A stretch of DNA of 64,000 bases from Prasinococcaceae sp. CCMP 1430 (GCA_013416795.1 RQSC01000028.1:729306-793305); one strand, 5' to 3'; positions 1 to 13,496 are shown, numbered from the stretch's first letter. Made by a program: numbers and translations. The notes: generated by a model not told the origin, from the letters alone.

Positions 1-2037
<2,037 letters not shown>

Positions 2038-2491
2038 NNNNNNNNNNNNNNNNNNNNNNNNNNNNNNNNNNNNNNNNNNNNNNNNNNNNNNNNNNNNNNN
2101 NNNNNNNNNNNNNNNNNNNNNNNNNNNNNNNNNNNNNNNNNNNNNNNNNNNNNNNNNNNNNNNNNNNNNNNNNNNNNNNNNNNNNNNNNNNNNNNNNNNN
2201 NNNNNNNNNNNNNNNNNNNNNNNNNNNNNNNNNNNNNNNNNNNNNNNNNNNNNNNNNNNNNNNNNNNNNNNNNNNNNNNNNNNNNNNNNNNNNNNNNNNN
2301 NNNNNNNNNNNNNNNNNNNNNNNNNNNNNNNNNNNNNNNNNNNNNNNNNNNNNNNNNNNNNNNNNNNNNNNNNNNNNNNNNNNNNNNNNNNNNNNNNNNN
2401 NNNNNNNNNNNNNNNNNNNNNNNNNNNNNNNNNNNNNNNNNNNNNNNNNNNNNNNNNNNNNNNNNNNNNNNNNNNNNNNNNNNNNNNNNNN
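2038..2491. other. Assembly gap (454 N)
   Basis: Run of N seen directly. Confidence 1.
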
Positions 2492-2754
2492 GCGAGGGCG
2501 CGCGAGGACGCGCGCGCGAGCGAGCGAGCCAGCCAGCCAGCCAGCCAAGCGGCCGGCCAGCGAGCGGGCGAGCGCACAAGCGCGCGTGCACGTGCGCTCT
2601 GACGTGCGCGGAGGCGTAGGCGCAGGTGCGCGCACGCGTGTGCGCGTACGTAGATGCGCGCACGCGCTGACGCCTGCGCCACTCCCCATCCCTGCCCTTC
2701 CATCCTCGCGCCCTCCCCGTCCGCAACTGCGCCGCCGACGCCGCGGCCGACGCA

Positions 2755-3447
2755 GGTGCTCGTGGGGTTGATAAGACGCCTCGGGGGCGGCGGCGGCGCG
2801 ACCGGCGAGGAAAAGTGCGCGCGCAGAGCGGCTCGTGCGCGCGGCGCGTGCGCAGCGCCCTTCGCCCTTTGCCCCGCCACGACCACGCTCTGCGCGCGCG
2901 CGCACGCGCGGGCGCAGGCGCTGCGCGCGAGCGAGCGAGCGTGGCAGCGCGTGCGCCGAGCTCCCTCTGCGCCGGCGGGTCGCTCACACTCGCGCGGCTG
3001 CGCGCGCGCAGGGTGGACACCAGCGGGGCGCTGTCCGCCGAGCGGCGCGCGGCGGCCGAGACGGCGATCTTCGGCGCGGACGAGGTCGCCAAGCACAACT
3101 CGCGCGACGACTGCTGGCTGATTATAGAGGGGAAGGTGTACGACATCACCGAGTGCGTCGCGCACGGCCCAGCCCGACCGCAGACGCGCCCGCGCTGGCG
3201 CGGGGCCGTGCGCGCGCGCCACCGCGCGCCCGCGCGGCGGTGCGCCCAAGCGCTCTCCTGCTCGAGCAACTGACACGTGTGCCCATCCGCCGATGCCAAT
3301 CGCAGCTACGTGGACGAGCATCCCGGCGGCGACGCAATCTTGAACAACGCGGGCGGCGACGCCACGGAGGGCTTCAAGGGGCCGCAGCATCCTACGCGCG
3401 TGTGGGACGAGCTCGAGGAGTACTGGGTGGGCACGCTGGCCAAGTGA
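2755..3447 (+). CDS. Cytochrome b5-like heme-binding protein; start uncertain
   Basis: FGADEVAKHNSRDDCWLIIEGKVYDITE, an intron (~3154-3305), then YVDEHPGGDAILNNAGGDATEGFKGPQHP...YWVGTLAK*. Contains the HPGG and second His heme ligands. Confidence 0.88.
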
Positions 3448-3519
3448 GGGCGGCGATGTGGCCAAGCTGGCGCGCGATTGAGCGCGGCGTATCGCGCGCT
3501 CCGCTCGTGCGCGTACTAA

Positions 3520-3524
3520 TGTAA
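3520..3524 (+). terminator. TGTAA green-algal polyadenylation signal of the cytochrome b5 gene. Similar signals at 8249-8253(-), 10715-10719(-), 16419-16423(+), 34110-34114(+), 52106-52110(+)
   Basis: TGTAA lies about 70-250 nt downstream of several stop codons on the correct strand; UGUAA is the known chlorophyte near-upstream element. Confidence 0.6.
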
Positions 3525-3562
3525 GGGCTGGGGCTAGGGTAATACAAGTGCGCTCGTGTACT

Positions 3563-6049
3563 TTACAGTGCCTGCGGCGGCCGCACCGGCGCCCGCTCGG
3601 GTGAGCCCGGCAGCGACGGCGTCGGTGAGTGAGCGCCCACGGCGGTGCGCACGCGCTTCACGGCCGTGGTCGCTGCGGCGCGCACGTCCGCGCGCACGTC
3701 CGCCTGAAGTGCGAAGAGCCCCAGGAGGAGCAGCCCGCGGCCGTCGTTGAAGGCCATCGCGAAGATCAGCGCGAGATAGAGCTTGCTTTCCTGCACGTCC
3801 GTGCCGACGTAGTTGCTCACGTTGAGCGCCATCTGGAGCATGACGTCCAGCATGAGGATCACCAGATACACCTGCGTGCGCATGCGCGTGGGCACGTACG
3901 CCACCTCGTTTCGCACGTCGTCCGCGCGCTGCGCCCACTCCCACTCCTGCGAGTGACGGTCGGCGACGCCGTCCCTCCCCAGCCCCGCAGGCGTTGGCGC
4001 CGCGCGCCCCCGCGCGTGCGGCAGCGCAGTCGGGCGCGCGTGCAGCCCCGCCACGGCGGACTCAACGTCGTGCAGCGAGGGCGGCACGTACGAGACGGGG
4101 AGCAGCTGCGTGCCCTCAGCTTCCACTTGGTCAGGCCCCACGCCGTAGCGTCCCGCGCCAACGTTTGGCGTCGCCACGCCGGCGTCTGCCCCCGCAGAGA
4201 CGTCGAGCTCGACCAGATCGGCGAAGGACCCGAAAGACGCGCTCGCCCGCCGCTTGTGCTCGCGGCGCATGCGAAACTCGGCGCACACCAGCAGCAGCCC
4301 CACGCACGCAAGGAGCATCGAGTCGTACGCGAGCGTCACCGCCGTCTGCGCGCGCCCGTACGCAACGTAGCAAGGCTCGTGGGCGCTGCTTGCCGCGGCG
4401 CGCGGGTCGTCAGGCGCGTCGGGCACGCCCCACAGCCGCAGCGGTAAGTTGATCGCCAGCGAGACTGTCCACAGCGCGGCGTGCGTGCGCCAGGCGGGGG
4501 AGAGCACCACGCGCGGGTACGCCGAGAGCGCGAGCAGTGCGGGCGCGAGCAGCGCGCTCGAGCAGCGCGCGAGCACGCGCGCGACGTTCTCGACGGCGTA
4601 GATGTCCTCGCGGGCGAGCATGTGCGCCTGGCCGTGGGGCACAATCAAGCACGACATGAAGGACGTGTCGAAGAGGAGCTGGTAGGCCGCGGCGACCACC
4701 ACCGTGGCGTGCACGCCGCGCGTGCGCCAGCGCGGCGAGAGCGACGCCGCGGTGAGCAGGTACGCGCACGCTGCGGCGCTGAGGGCGTGGCACCACACGC
4801 GGAACGCGCCCACGGCCTCCCCGAGCGACTCAAGCGACGCGTCCGTGAGCATGAGCGACTGCACGAGCATGAGCGGCGCCGAGGCCACCAGGCAGAGCAC
4901 CACGTACAGCGCGATCGTCGTGGGGTGCACCGCGTACTGCCGCGCGTACACGAAGACCGACGGCGCCACGGGGATGCAGCCGTACACCAGCGCAAACATC
5001 TTGCAGTTGGCGCTCAGGCCGGGCATGAAGGCGGCCACCTCCCGCGAGACCACCGGCAGCACCACCAGCTTGAGCACGGCCAGCCACAGCGGCAGCAGCA
5101 TGGCGGACATCTTGCTGCCCGCTTGGCCGACCTTCCCATACATCGAGGCGCCCAGCAGGAACAGCGAGGTGGGCGCGAAGCTCGCGGCCACCATGGTGCA
5201 CAGCGAGTCGAAGAACGGCGGCAGCGTCCTGCCCAGGGCGGCGTTGTAGAGCACGCCGAGCAGCGCGCCCAGCACGAGCGGGTTCACCAGCGTGCGCCCG
5301 AGCAGCGGCAGGAGCAGCGACCGCCGCCGCCGCCGCCGCGGGCGACGTTCGCTGGGCAACTGCCCGCCCAGCAGCAGCTGCGCCTCCTCGTTTCCTCCCC
5401 CCAGCCCCTCCTCCTCGCGCTCCTCCCGCGCGGCGTCCGCCTTGGCCTGCCCCAGCTCCATGAGCGCGTAGCCCAGCGGGTTGAGCAGCAACATCTGCGG
5501 TATCGCAATGAGGTAGAGGTAGACCTCGTAGCCGCCGCCGGGCAGGAGCGACGCGACGAGCGGCAGGCCGATGGGCAGGTCGTTGGACTGCGTGGCCGCT
5601 ATTCCCCACATGCCCGCCTTCTTCAGGCGCTCGGCGCGGGCGAGCGCCTCGCCGAGCGCGGCGCCCTCGGGCGACGCCGCCGCGGCGGCGTCGACGTCGG
5701 CGCTCGAGCCGAAGAGCGCCGCGGAGAGCGCCGCGAGCGCGAAGACGAGCGCCTTGCCCAGCGTGAGCGTGCTCAGCAGCTCCCAGCCGATGCCGTGCAG
5801 GTCCACCTGCGTCGCGAGCGCCAGGAAGAGCGTCACCGGGAGCGCGAACGACGCCACGTACGCGCCCAGGCCGCGCTCGAGCGTCTCGGCGCCGGGCGCG
5901 CCCCGCCAGCGCACGAAGTAGCCCAGCGCGACGACGAGCAGCACGTTGCCCAGCGCGCGCACCAGCCCCACGTACGACGCGTGCGCCGCCGCGCCCGCCG
6001 CCAGGTCCGCCGCGGACGCGTGCGCCATCAGCATCACCGGCGCGTCCAT
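3563..6049 (-). CDS. GPR155: GPR155/LYCHOS-like protein: auxin-efflux-carrier (PIN-fold) 10TM domain fused to a GPCR-like 7TM domain; intronless, 828 aa
   Basis: Motifs ATQSNDLPIGLPLV, LLLNPLG, LVNPLVLG, YGCIPVAPSVFVYARQY and ASAPLM parallel GPR155 (ATQSNDFALG, MMLNPIG, LQNPIV, YGVFPVAPGV, VSAPIM). The second half has about 7 more hydrophobic segments ending KLYLALIF..FNDGRGLLLLGLFAL. Confidence 0.8.
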   Translation of the reverse strand: MDAPVMLMAHASAADLAAGAAAHASYVGLVRALGNVLLVVALGYFVRWRGAPGAETLERGLGAYVASFALPVTLFLALATQVDLHGIGWELLSTLTLGKALVFALAALSAALFGSSADVDAAAAASPEGAALGEALARAERLKKAGMWGIAATQSNDLPIGLPLVASLLPGGGYEVYLYLIAIPQMLLLNPLGYALMELGQAKADAAREEREEEGLGGGNEEAQLLLGGQLPSERRPRRRRRRSLLLPLLGRTLVNPLVLGALLGVLYNAALGRTLPPFFDSLCTMVAASFAPTSLFLLGASMYGKVGQAGSKMSAMLLPLWLAVLKLVVLPVVSREVAAFMPGLSANCKMFALVYGCIPVAPSVFVYARQYAVHPTTIALYVVLCLVASAPLMLVQSLMLTDASLESLGEAVGAFRVWCHALSAAACAYLLTAASLSPRWRTRGVHATVVVAAAYQLLFDTSFMSCLIVPHGQAHMLAREDIYAVENVARVLARCSSALLAPALLALSAYPRVVLSPAWRTHAALWTVSLAINLPLRLWGVPDAPDDPRAAASSAHEPCYVAYGRAQTAVTLAYDSMLLACVGLLLVCAEFRMRREHKRRASASFGSFADLVELDVSAGADAGVATPNVGAGRYGVGPDQVEAEGTQLLPVSYVPPSLHDVESAVAGLHARPTALPHARGRAAPTPAGLGRDGVADRHSQEWEWAQRADDVRNEVAYVPTRMRTQVYLVILMLDVMLQMALNVSNYVGTDVQESKLYLALIFAMAFNDGRGLLLLGLFALQADVRADVRAAATTAVKRVRTAVGAHSPTPSLPGSPERAPVRPPQAL

Positions 6050-6116
6050 CCCTCAAACACACCAAGCAGGCCGAGGGTGTGTGTGTGTGTGTGTGTGCGT
6101 GTGTGTGTGTGTGTGC

Positions 6117-6177
<61 letters not shown>

Positions 6178-6512
6178 GCCCCCGCCGCTGACGCCGCGCG
6201 CGCGCGCGCGCGCGCCACGCGCCGCTTCGCGGATAGCACCATCAAAACGCATTGCAAAAAGGCGCAAACCTCAACCTTACACCTTTTTTGTCATATCACA
6301 TCACATGCAAATTACGGACAGTAGACCCTGTCTATTTACCCCAATTACACACGTCAGCTGGTCGTGAGTTTTTTATCCGTGAGGCGCGTGGCGGCGACAC
6401 GTCAGCGATGGGCGCGCGTGCGCCTGCGTGTGTGTGTGTGTGTGGCGTGTGTGTGTGTGTGTGTGTGTGTGCGTGTGTGGCGTGTGTGTGTGTGTGTGGC
6501 GTGTGTGTGTGC

Positions 6513-6570
<58 letters not shown>

Positions 6571-6591
6571 CCCGCGCGCGCCGCCGCGCGG

Positions 6592-7655
6592 ATGGGCGCC
6601 TTCCACGAGCTCTCCGACACCACCGCCGCGGGCGAGGCGCTCGACTTCGCCAGCCTCAAGGGGCGCGCGGTGCTCGTCACCAACGTCGCGTCGCGCTGAG
6701 GCGCGACGGCGCGGAACTACTCGCAGTTTGCGCAGCTCGAGGAGAAGTGCGTGCGCGCGCGCGTGCTCGTGTGTGTGTGTGTGTGTGTGTGTGGAGGAGA
6801 AGGAGGCGGGGAAGGATGCAGGCGCACGCATGCACGCGCGTGTGCTGACCTCTTTCCCGACCTTCACACTCGTTGCACACACACAAAAACACACACACAC
6901 ACGCGCGCGCGCACACTCACACACACACGCACACACGCACGCACAAACACACGCGCACGCGCAGCGCGTGTGCGTGTGCGTGTGCGTGTGCGTGTGCGTG
7001 TGCGTGTGCGTGTGCGTGTGTGCCCGCAGGTTCGGCGACAAGCTTGCCATCCTGGCGTACCCTTGCGACCAGTTCGGCGGGCAGGAGCTCGCGTCCGACG
7101 CCGACGTGCAGGCGTTCGCCGCGGGCAAGGGCCTCACCGGCAAGAGCTTCACGCTCATGAAGCGCGCCGACGTCAACGGCGGCGGCGCGTCGCCCGTGTG
7201 GAGCATGCTCAAGGGGGCGTGCGACACCTGCGACGGGGACGTGGTGCGTGTGGGCGCGCGGGCGTGTGTGTGTGTGTAGTCACTGGACCCTCCGTGTGTG
7301 TGTGTGTGTACTTGCATGTGTGTAGGAGGCGTGTGTGTGTGCGTGCGTGTGCGTGCGTGTGGACGCCCTGAGTGCCGTGTGTGTGTGTGCTCGTGGGGTG
7401 CACGCGCGCATGCGTGTGTGTGTGTGTGTGTGTGCATGCACGCGCGTGCGTGTGTGTGTGCGCTCGTGTGCATGCGAGCGTGCGCGCGTGCGCGCGCGTG
7501 TGCGAAGCGGGCGCTCACGCACGCACCCGCGCCCGCGCGCGCCCGCGCAGCGCTGGAACTTCGCCGCCAAGTTCTACGTCGACAAGGAGGGCAACGTCGT
7601 GGAGCGCTCCGGCGACAACGACGCGGCGCTCATCGAAAAGCTCGTGTCGGCCTAG
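6592..7655 (+). CDS. GPX: Selenocysteine glutathione peroxidase; exons 6592-6746, 7030-7243, 7551-7655; UGA-Sec at 6697-6699
   Basis: VTNVASR-TGA-GATARNY places the TGA at the GPx catalytic position. Exon 2 has [11 protein letters not shown] and exon 3 has RWNF. Splice sites are in frame. Confidence 0.92.
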
Positions 7656-7782
7656 GCCTGCTCACACACCCACGCACACACACGTGCGCACACACACGTG
7701 TGCGTACGCACAGTGACCACACACACGCACACACACGCACACGCACGCGCGCTCGCACACGCACGCGCGCGCAGCAAGCACC

Positions 7783-7827
7783 ATGACGGCGCCGGCGGCA
7801 AGGCGCACGCCTCGCCGGCCGCCCGAC
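7783..7827 (+). promoter_or_regulatory. Candidate type II SECIS element in the GPx 3'UTR
   Basis: ATGA (7783), 13 nt, AA (7800), 23 nt, GA (7825). Stem GGCG-CCGGCGG pairs with TCGCCGG-C-CGCC, with an apical mini-stem GGCG/CGCC. Helix I is not clearly seen. Confidence 0.7.
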
Positions 7828-8036
7828 CGCGCCCCGCAGCACACACGCGCATGTGCGCGCGGGGGCCCTTGCTGCGCGCGCACGCATGCGCGCACGTAAA
7901 ACCATCCGCACACGCAAAGCACCCACTCTCGCGCGTGGAGGTGCGCGAACGTACGCGCGCTTGCAGTCACAAACGCACACATGCGTACACATACACACGC
8001 GTGGTCAATGCACGCTAGCGCGTATACACACTGTCG

Positions 8037-8090
<54 letters not shown>

Positions 8091-8094
8091 CAAA

Positions 8095-8163
<69 letters not shown>

Positions 8164-8344
8164 AAACACACACACACACACACACACACGTCTGGCACAT
8201 GCTTGCACGTACACACCCCGCAGTGAGAGCGCATTATCGTACACCTCATTACAGCATCTCCTGGCACAGCTCGGTCGCCCTCGACCGCCGCATCGACGTG
8301 TGTCGGCGCGTCTCGCTCGTGGCGCGTACGCGCGAGCCACCGCA

Positions 8345-10017
8345 TCACCCCGCGCGGTGGCTGCCCTCCCTCCACGCGCGGTACTCGACCTCGGGCAGGT
8401 GCCTCAGCCAGAAGGCGAGCACCTCGTCGGCGTGCTCCGCGGTGAACTCGTGCGCCGCCCAGGCGACGTTGAGGGCCTCGGAGAGCGGCGAGGCGTCGGC
8501 GGCGAGGCCGTCGGCGGCGGAGGGCGGCGCGGCGCCCGCGGAGCGAAGCGCCTCGCGCCACCGCGAGGCTCGCGGGTCCTCTGCGCGGAGCGCGGGGTCG
8601 GGGGCGCGACGTGTGCGCGATGAGCGGGAGGTGTGGGAGGGAGAGGGCAGCGCGGAGTGAGCGAGCGGTGCGACGCGAAGCGCGGCTGCGGTGGGGAGGA
8701 GCGCTCGTGCACACGCCGCGCGAGGGCGCGCTTCACACGCGCGGGCGCGCTGCCCTGCCGCTCGCTCGCTCGCGCAGACGCACGCAGGAGGAAGCCGTCC
8801 GCGTCGACCATCCCCGCCGCGGCGAGCGCCTCGGCGACCCTCTGCGCCGCCGCGCTCGCCCCGCCGCGCGCGTCCTCGCCCGTGCGCCCGCCTGCACGCG
8901 AGCGCATGCGCGCCGCGAGGAAGGCCGCAGTGACGGCCTTGGGCATGGCGGCGAACGACGCCACGGGCACGCCGAGCCGCTCGAGCCGCTCGACGGCCAC
9001 GTCGACCTCACCGGCCGTGCGCTCATCCCTGGGCATGTGCACGAAGGCCACCGGCGGGTAGGACGCCGTGATGGTCTTCTCGACGCTCGGCACGCTCGAT
9101 ATCTGCACGCCGAGGCCGCGCAGGCGCAGCGGGAAGGCGCTCGGCCCGCCCCCCGCCGGTGGCAGCCACGCCGGCGCGGTGGAGACGAACGCGCCGCCGG
9201 AGGACGCCCCCACGGCGAAGAGGGGCAGCCCCACCCAGCGTTCGCGCCGCGCGACCTCGGCGAGCGCGCGCGCCACGGGGGGCGCGTCGGACGCGCGCCA
9301 GCAGCGGGAGCCCTCCCTGTCGCCGCTCGAAACGGCCACCACCGCGAGCCTGCGCGCGAGCGCTGCGCGCGCCCACGCGGCCTCCTCGGGCAGGTCGGCG
9401 CCCGCAACAAAGACGTCGCGCGCACTGTGCGAGCACCCGTGGGCGATGAACACCACGGCGGCGGGGCGGAGCGCCAAGGGGGACGCCCAGCCTGCGCGGA
9501 AGAGCGACAGAGGGGGGAGAGGGTGTGGTTGTGTGTGTGCCCGTGCGTGGGTGCGTGGGTGCGTGCGCGTGCGCGCGTCCGCATTGCACGCGCACAATCC
9601 CGCGAGCGACCGTGTGCGTCAGGACGGGGACGGACGAGAACGCACGCAATCGCCGCAATGCCGCACGCGCCAGTGCCACCACGGGCCGATAGAAGCGCGC
9701 GCCGCGCGGTCCGCGGAGAGCTCACCCGCCTCGAGGCCGCTGCCGCCCACGTCCTGCTCGAACGTGTACGCCGCAAGCGCGTCGGCCGCGCCGTAGCCGC
9801 CCCTGCGCGCGAGCGACCAGAACGCGCCGCCCCCGCTGTGGTGATGCCCTCCATCCCCGCCACCGCCACTGCCGCCACCGCCGCTGCCCGCGAAGAGCCA
9901 CGCGGCGAGGACGTAGAGCACGCCGAGGAAGAACGCCCAGCTGCAGCACGCAGTCACCGCGAGGCGCGTGCGCACCGCACGCAGCTGCTCGGGCGTAAGC
10001 TTGGAGAGCTCGGGCAT
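8345..10017 (-). CDS. Membrane-anchored alpha/beta-hydrolase-fold protein (uncharacterised green-lineage family), 3 or more exons
   Basis: N-terminal TM segment, VVFIAHGCS, nucleophile elbow GASSGG, YPPVAFVHMPRD, and a last exon EALNVAWAAHEFT containing His. Confidence 0.7.
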
Positions 10018-10881
10018 GGCGCGCGTGTGCGAGGGGCTGGTGGGCGGAGAGGCGGAGGGAGGTGACGTGGGGCGATGCTCACGGCTCGAGCGCGCGTGAA
10101 CGTGCGCGTGCTGCTGCACGCCACGCCTCCGCGTGTGCGAGCCCTCCTCGCACACACCCCGCGCATGCACGCGCGCACCCCTTCGCAATCAGCCACGCGG
10201 GCGGCGAGCCGCGGCCACGCAGATGGCGCGCGCGGCGCGACCTCGGCGCTCGCTCTGGCGCGAGGCAAGGCAAGGCGAGGCGCCGCGCGAGTCTGGCGGC
10301 CGCGGGAGCGAGCGTTGGCGCCAGCGCGCCGTGCGAGCAGTGGCGCGCATGTCGCGCGCGGGCGCTCGAGCGCGCCGCGAAAAAAAGCACCGGCGGCGTG
10401 GGCGCGCGAGCTCGCCACTCCGCGCGCGCCCCGAGTGCGCCTTCTCCCGCTCTGAGGCGCCATGCCTGCTCGCGCCGAGCAGGCATGGCGCCTCCCCCTC
10501 CGCGCATGGCGCTCCTGCGCTGTACGTGCTGTACTGTACAGAAGGTGCAGTGCCGTAGCCTGCACCCTCACTCGCATGCGCCCCCGCCTCGAGTGCCATT
10601 CTCAGGCGGACGTGCGCGCGCGACGAGTGCGCTGGGGAGGAGGGCCGTCGCGGAATGCGCAGACAAACACCAACACCGCCGCGCGGCGCCTGCCAGTGCG
10701 CCAAGGAGATGGCGTTACAACGCGGCGGCCATGCCTGGAGTCATAGGGGCGCACCGGTGTCGCAAACTCGTTGCTAATACTTGTAGTGGTGCTGTAGTGC
10801 CCAGGCTGTAGGAGGAGACTCGCGTGCGCACTGCGCTGGATTTCGAACGCCAAGGTTGCGAAGCGCATCATCGGAGCCCGT

Positions 10882-12222
10882 TTACTTTTCTCCCTTGGCG
10901 GAGCCACCGTTGGTGGCGTTCATCGGCGGGACGCAGTTCGCGATGACCACGGTGGTCACCGGCAGGTCGCTGAAGACTCCCTCCACGCCCTCGACGTCGT
11001 GAAGCAGCGCGTACTGCATGAGCAGAGTGTCGGTGTAAGTGCTGGCCGTGACGCCTTCGTGGCCGCCGTAGTAGTACCCGCATGGCCCGGCGATGGCCCC
11101 GTCCGAGCACGAGCTGCGCTCGAGGGTCCATGGGGTGAAGGTGAAGCCCATCTCAGTGGCGTTGATCGCCATTTCGCACGCCTGCATGACGCCGTCGACC
11201 GCACAGACCATCGTCTGGATCGGAGAGCCGAGGAGCGGGATGCCCGCTTCGGCCGCCGCCTCGACTTCGTCCCACGTCTGGGTACCGCCGACGGTGGTGG
11301 GCGCGTACAGAAAGACGACGCGCGTGCCGTTAGACTTGCTCGACGAGTTGGTCTGCCAGTGCACGGCGACGTCGATGTCAAAGGACTGCAGCGTCGACGG
11401 CACGCTGTTGGCATCAGCTGCCTCGGCCACCTCCATGGCGAGCTTGTCCGCCAGCTCGAAGAGGGACATGCCCACGGCCGCCTGGCATTCCTCGTCGCAG
11501 TCCTTGAGCTCTGGGACGAGGCCGCGGCCGGCCTCGGCAATCATGGCAGCGCTTTCTGCGTGCGTGACCGGCGTCGCGCACTCGAGGTGCGAGCTGCGAA
11601 AGCCCGGCGCGTCGCCGAGCGCGTCGGATAGCTCGGTCGCCGCCGCGTTGAACGGCGGCTCCTGAATTGCACATAGGGTCTTGTACTCATCCAGCGTGAT
11701 GTCGTACGTGCAGCACTTGACATTGGCAGGCACGTCGTCCGCGTCGCCGGTGCCCGGTGTGAAGGGCACGGAGCACTTCTCGGCCAGATCGGTCTCGAGA
11801 ATGTTCGTGGTCGTGGCCAGGTCGCACGAGCTGTGGCGGCAGACCAGCTCGCCATCCATCGTCGGCGCCACGTCGCACTCGACGAAGCCCGCGCCTTGCT
11901 CGATTGCCGCAGCGTAGCTCTCCATGGAGTGCTCGGGCAGCAGCTGCATTGCGCCGCGGTGGCCGATTGCGAATTCGGTGACGTTGGAGGCAACATCTGC
12001 AGCACATGCGGCGAGCGACGCCTTGACGTGATCGACGATCGCCGTGTTGGTCTCGCACGCCGCCTGCGCGGTCTGGTTTGGGCACACGCCGTCGGGGCAT
12101 CCGGGGCAAGACGCAGTCCCGGGGTAGGTCTGGTAGAGCGCGGCGGCAACGTTGGCCTTTGTTGAAGGAGCTGCGGCCGCCACCAGCGCCACGAGCAGCC
12201 CGCATGCGCTCGCCAGCTTCAT
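10882..12222 (-). CDS. Secreted glycerophosphodiester phosphodiesterase (GDPD/GlpQ family), intronless
   Basis: Signal peptide MKLASACGLLVALVAAAA; catalytic motifs IGHRGA, PEHSMESY, ECDV, CRHSSCDLATTTNIL. Confidence 0.9.
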   Translation of the reverse strand: MKLASACGLLVALVAAAAPSTKANVAAALYQTYPGTASCPGCPDGVCPNQTAQAACETNTAIVDHVKASLAACAADVASNVTEFAIGHRGAMQLLPEHSMESYAAAIEQGAGFVECDVAPTMDGELVCRHSSCDLATTTNILETDLAEKCSVPFTPGTGDADDVPANVKCCTYDITLDEYKTLCAIQEPPFNAAATELSDALGDAPGFRSSHLECATPVTHAESAAMIAEAGRGLVPELKDCDEECQAAVGMSLFELADKLAMEVAEAADANSVPSTLQSFDIDVAVHWQTNSSSKSNGTRVVFLYAPTTVGGTQTWDEVEAAAEAGIPLLGSPIQTMVCAVDGVMQACEMAINATEMGFTFTPWTLERSSCSDGAIAGPCGYYYGGHEGVTASTYTDTLLMQYALLHDVEGVEGVFSDLPVTTVVIANCVPPMNATNGGSAKGEK

Positions 12223-12832
12223 GGTGTCTCGAGAGGGAGGGAGCGGTGACGCGCAGCGCGATGCAGCTGAGACTGCTCTTAAAGACGCTCGTCGCTCGTC
12301 GCTCCGCACGCGCTGTGGCGCACGTCTGCGCGCCAGCGACCCATACGGCGAGGGCTCCGTGCACGCCGGACAAGCTCAACAAATGCGACGTGATCGAAAG
12401 AGCGGCTAAGGAGCTCCGTCTGCGCCGAGTGTGCTGCGCCATGCGCCGACGCACTGGCAGGTGGACCAGCACACTCGGCGCACACTGCTCGGCGGTGGCC
12501 GTAGTCCCACGCACGCGCATCGCCGGGGAATTGTTCCCGCGGAGCGCCACGGCATTTGCGTGCGTGAGGAGGGATCGTGCGCCGGCGCGCGCAACAATGC
12601 CATCTCCCACGGAGTCATTGCCACCAGAGCCGGCGACGAGGCTGACACTTCGGACCGTCGCGCGGCGCCATCGCACCCATTGGCATGGCACATTTAGGGT
12701 TTAGCAGCCACGTCGAGTGTCGTAACGCCCCGGCCGTTACGTTGCTTTGCTTTCGCGCAGATTCCGACATTGTGCCGACAGCTCAGCAGCGCCTCGTCAG
12801 GGTCCGGTGACAGCTCAGCGGCGCCCCCCGCC

Positions 12833-12995
12833 GGCATCTCGTCGCAGATTCTGCGCGCGCGGCGCTCTCCGCTCGGTCCACGGTCACCACACCATGGTGC
12901 CGCCATCGCCAGGTGAGTACCAGTCCGTTCGGATCCCCCGCCATCACAGCGGCAACTCTCGCCCCACCCGTCGGCATCTCGTTGCAGATTCTGCG
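12833..12995. promoter_or_regulatory. Two copies of a 23-bp repeat, each containing the palindrome GCAGA-T-TCTGC, in the GDPD/phosphatase divergent intergenic region
   Basis: GGCATCTCGTCGCAGATTCTGCG (~12833-12855) and GGCATCTCGTTGCAGATTCTGCG (~12973-12995), 140 bp apart. A third CAGATTC half-site is at 12758. Regulatory function is inferred. Confidence 0.4.
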
Positions 12996-13496
12996 TTGCG
13001 CCGGATCGCGTTGGATTTGACCTACCGTTACTTTCGACGCAGGTCGTTAGGATTTGGGCGTGCGGTGCCATGGGAGGGCATCCGTCGCGCGCGCCCGTGC
13101 CGCCGCGCGTGCGCGATTCCCCGAGCGCGCGCCGCAAGCGCGCGCTGGCCGCGGACGGGTCCCACCGGCGCAGCGGCGCGCCCGGCGCGGAGGGAAAACG
13201 CGTGCGCATACGTGGCGCGCTCCTGCTATCTTCTGCGCGGCACGCTGCGAGAGCAGTGAGGCAGCGTCGTCGCGGCTGCCCGTGGAGGGGGGGGGGGTGA
13301 GTGGGGGGGGCGGGGGCTCCGTCGCCGGGGGGCGTGTGGGAGGCGTGTGGGTGGCGTGTGGGCGGCGGTGCCACACCGAGCCCTGGCGACACACCAACCG
13401 CGCTTATCACTTCGACACGGCACCAGCGAAGGCTCTGCCACCGATCCGAGTCCTGCTGCCAGTGCGGGCCGTGCGTTATATCGACGGCGTGCGACC

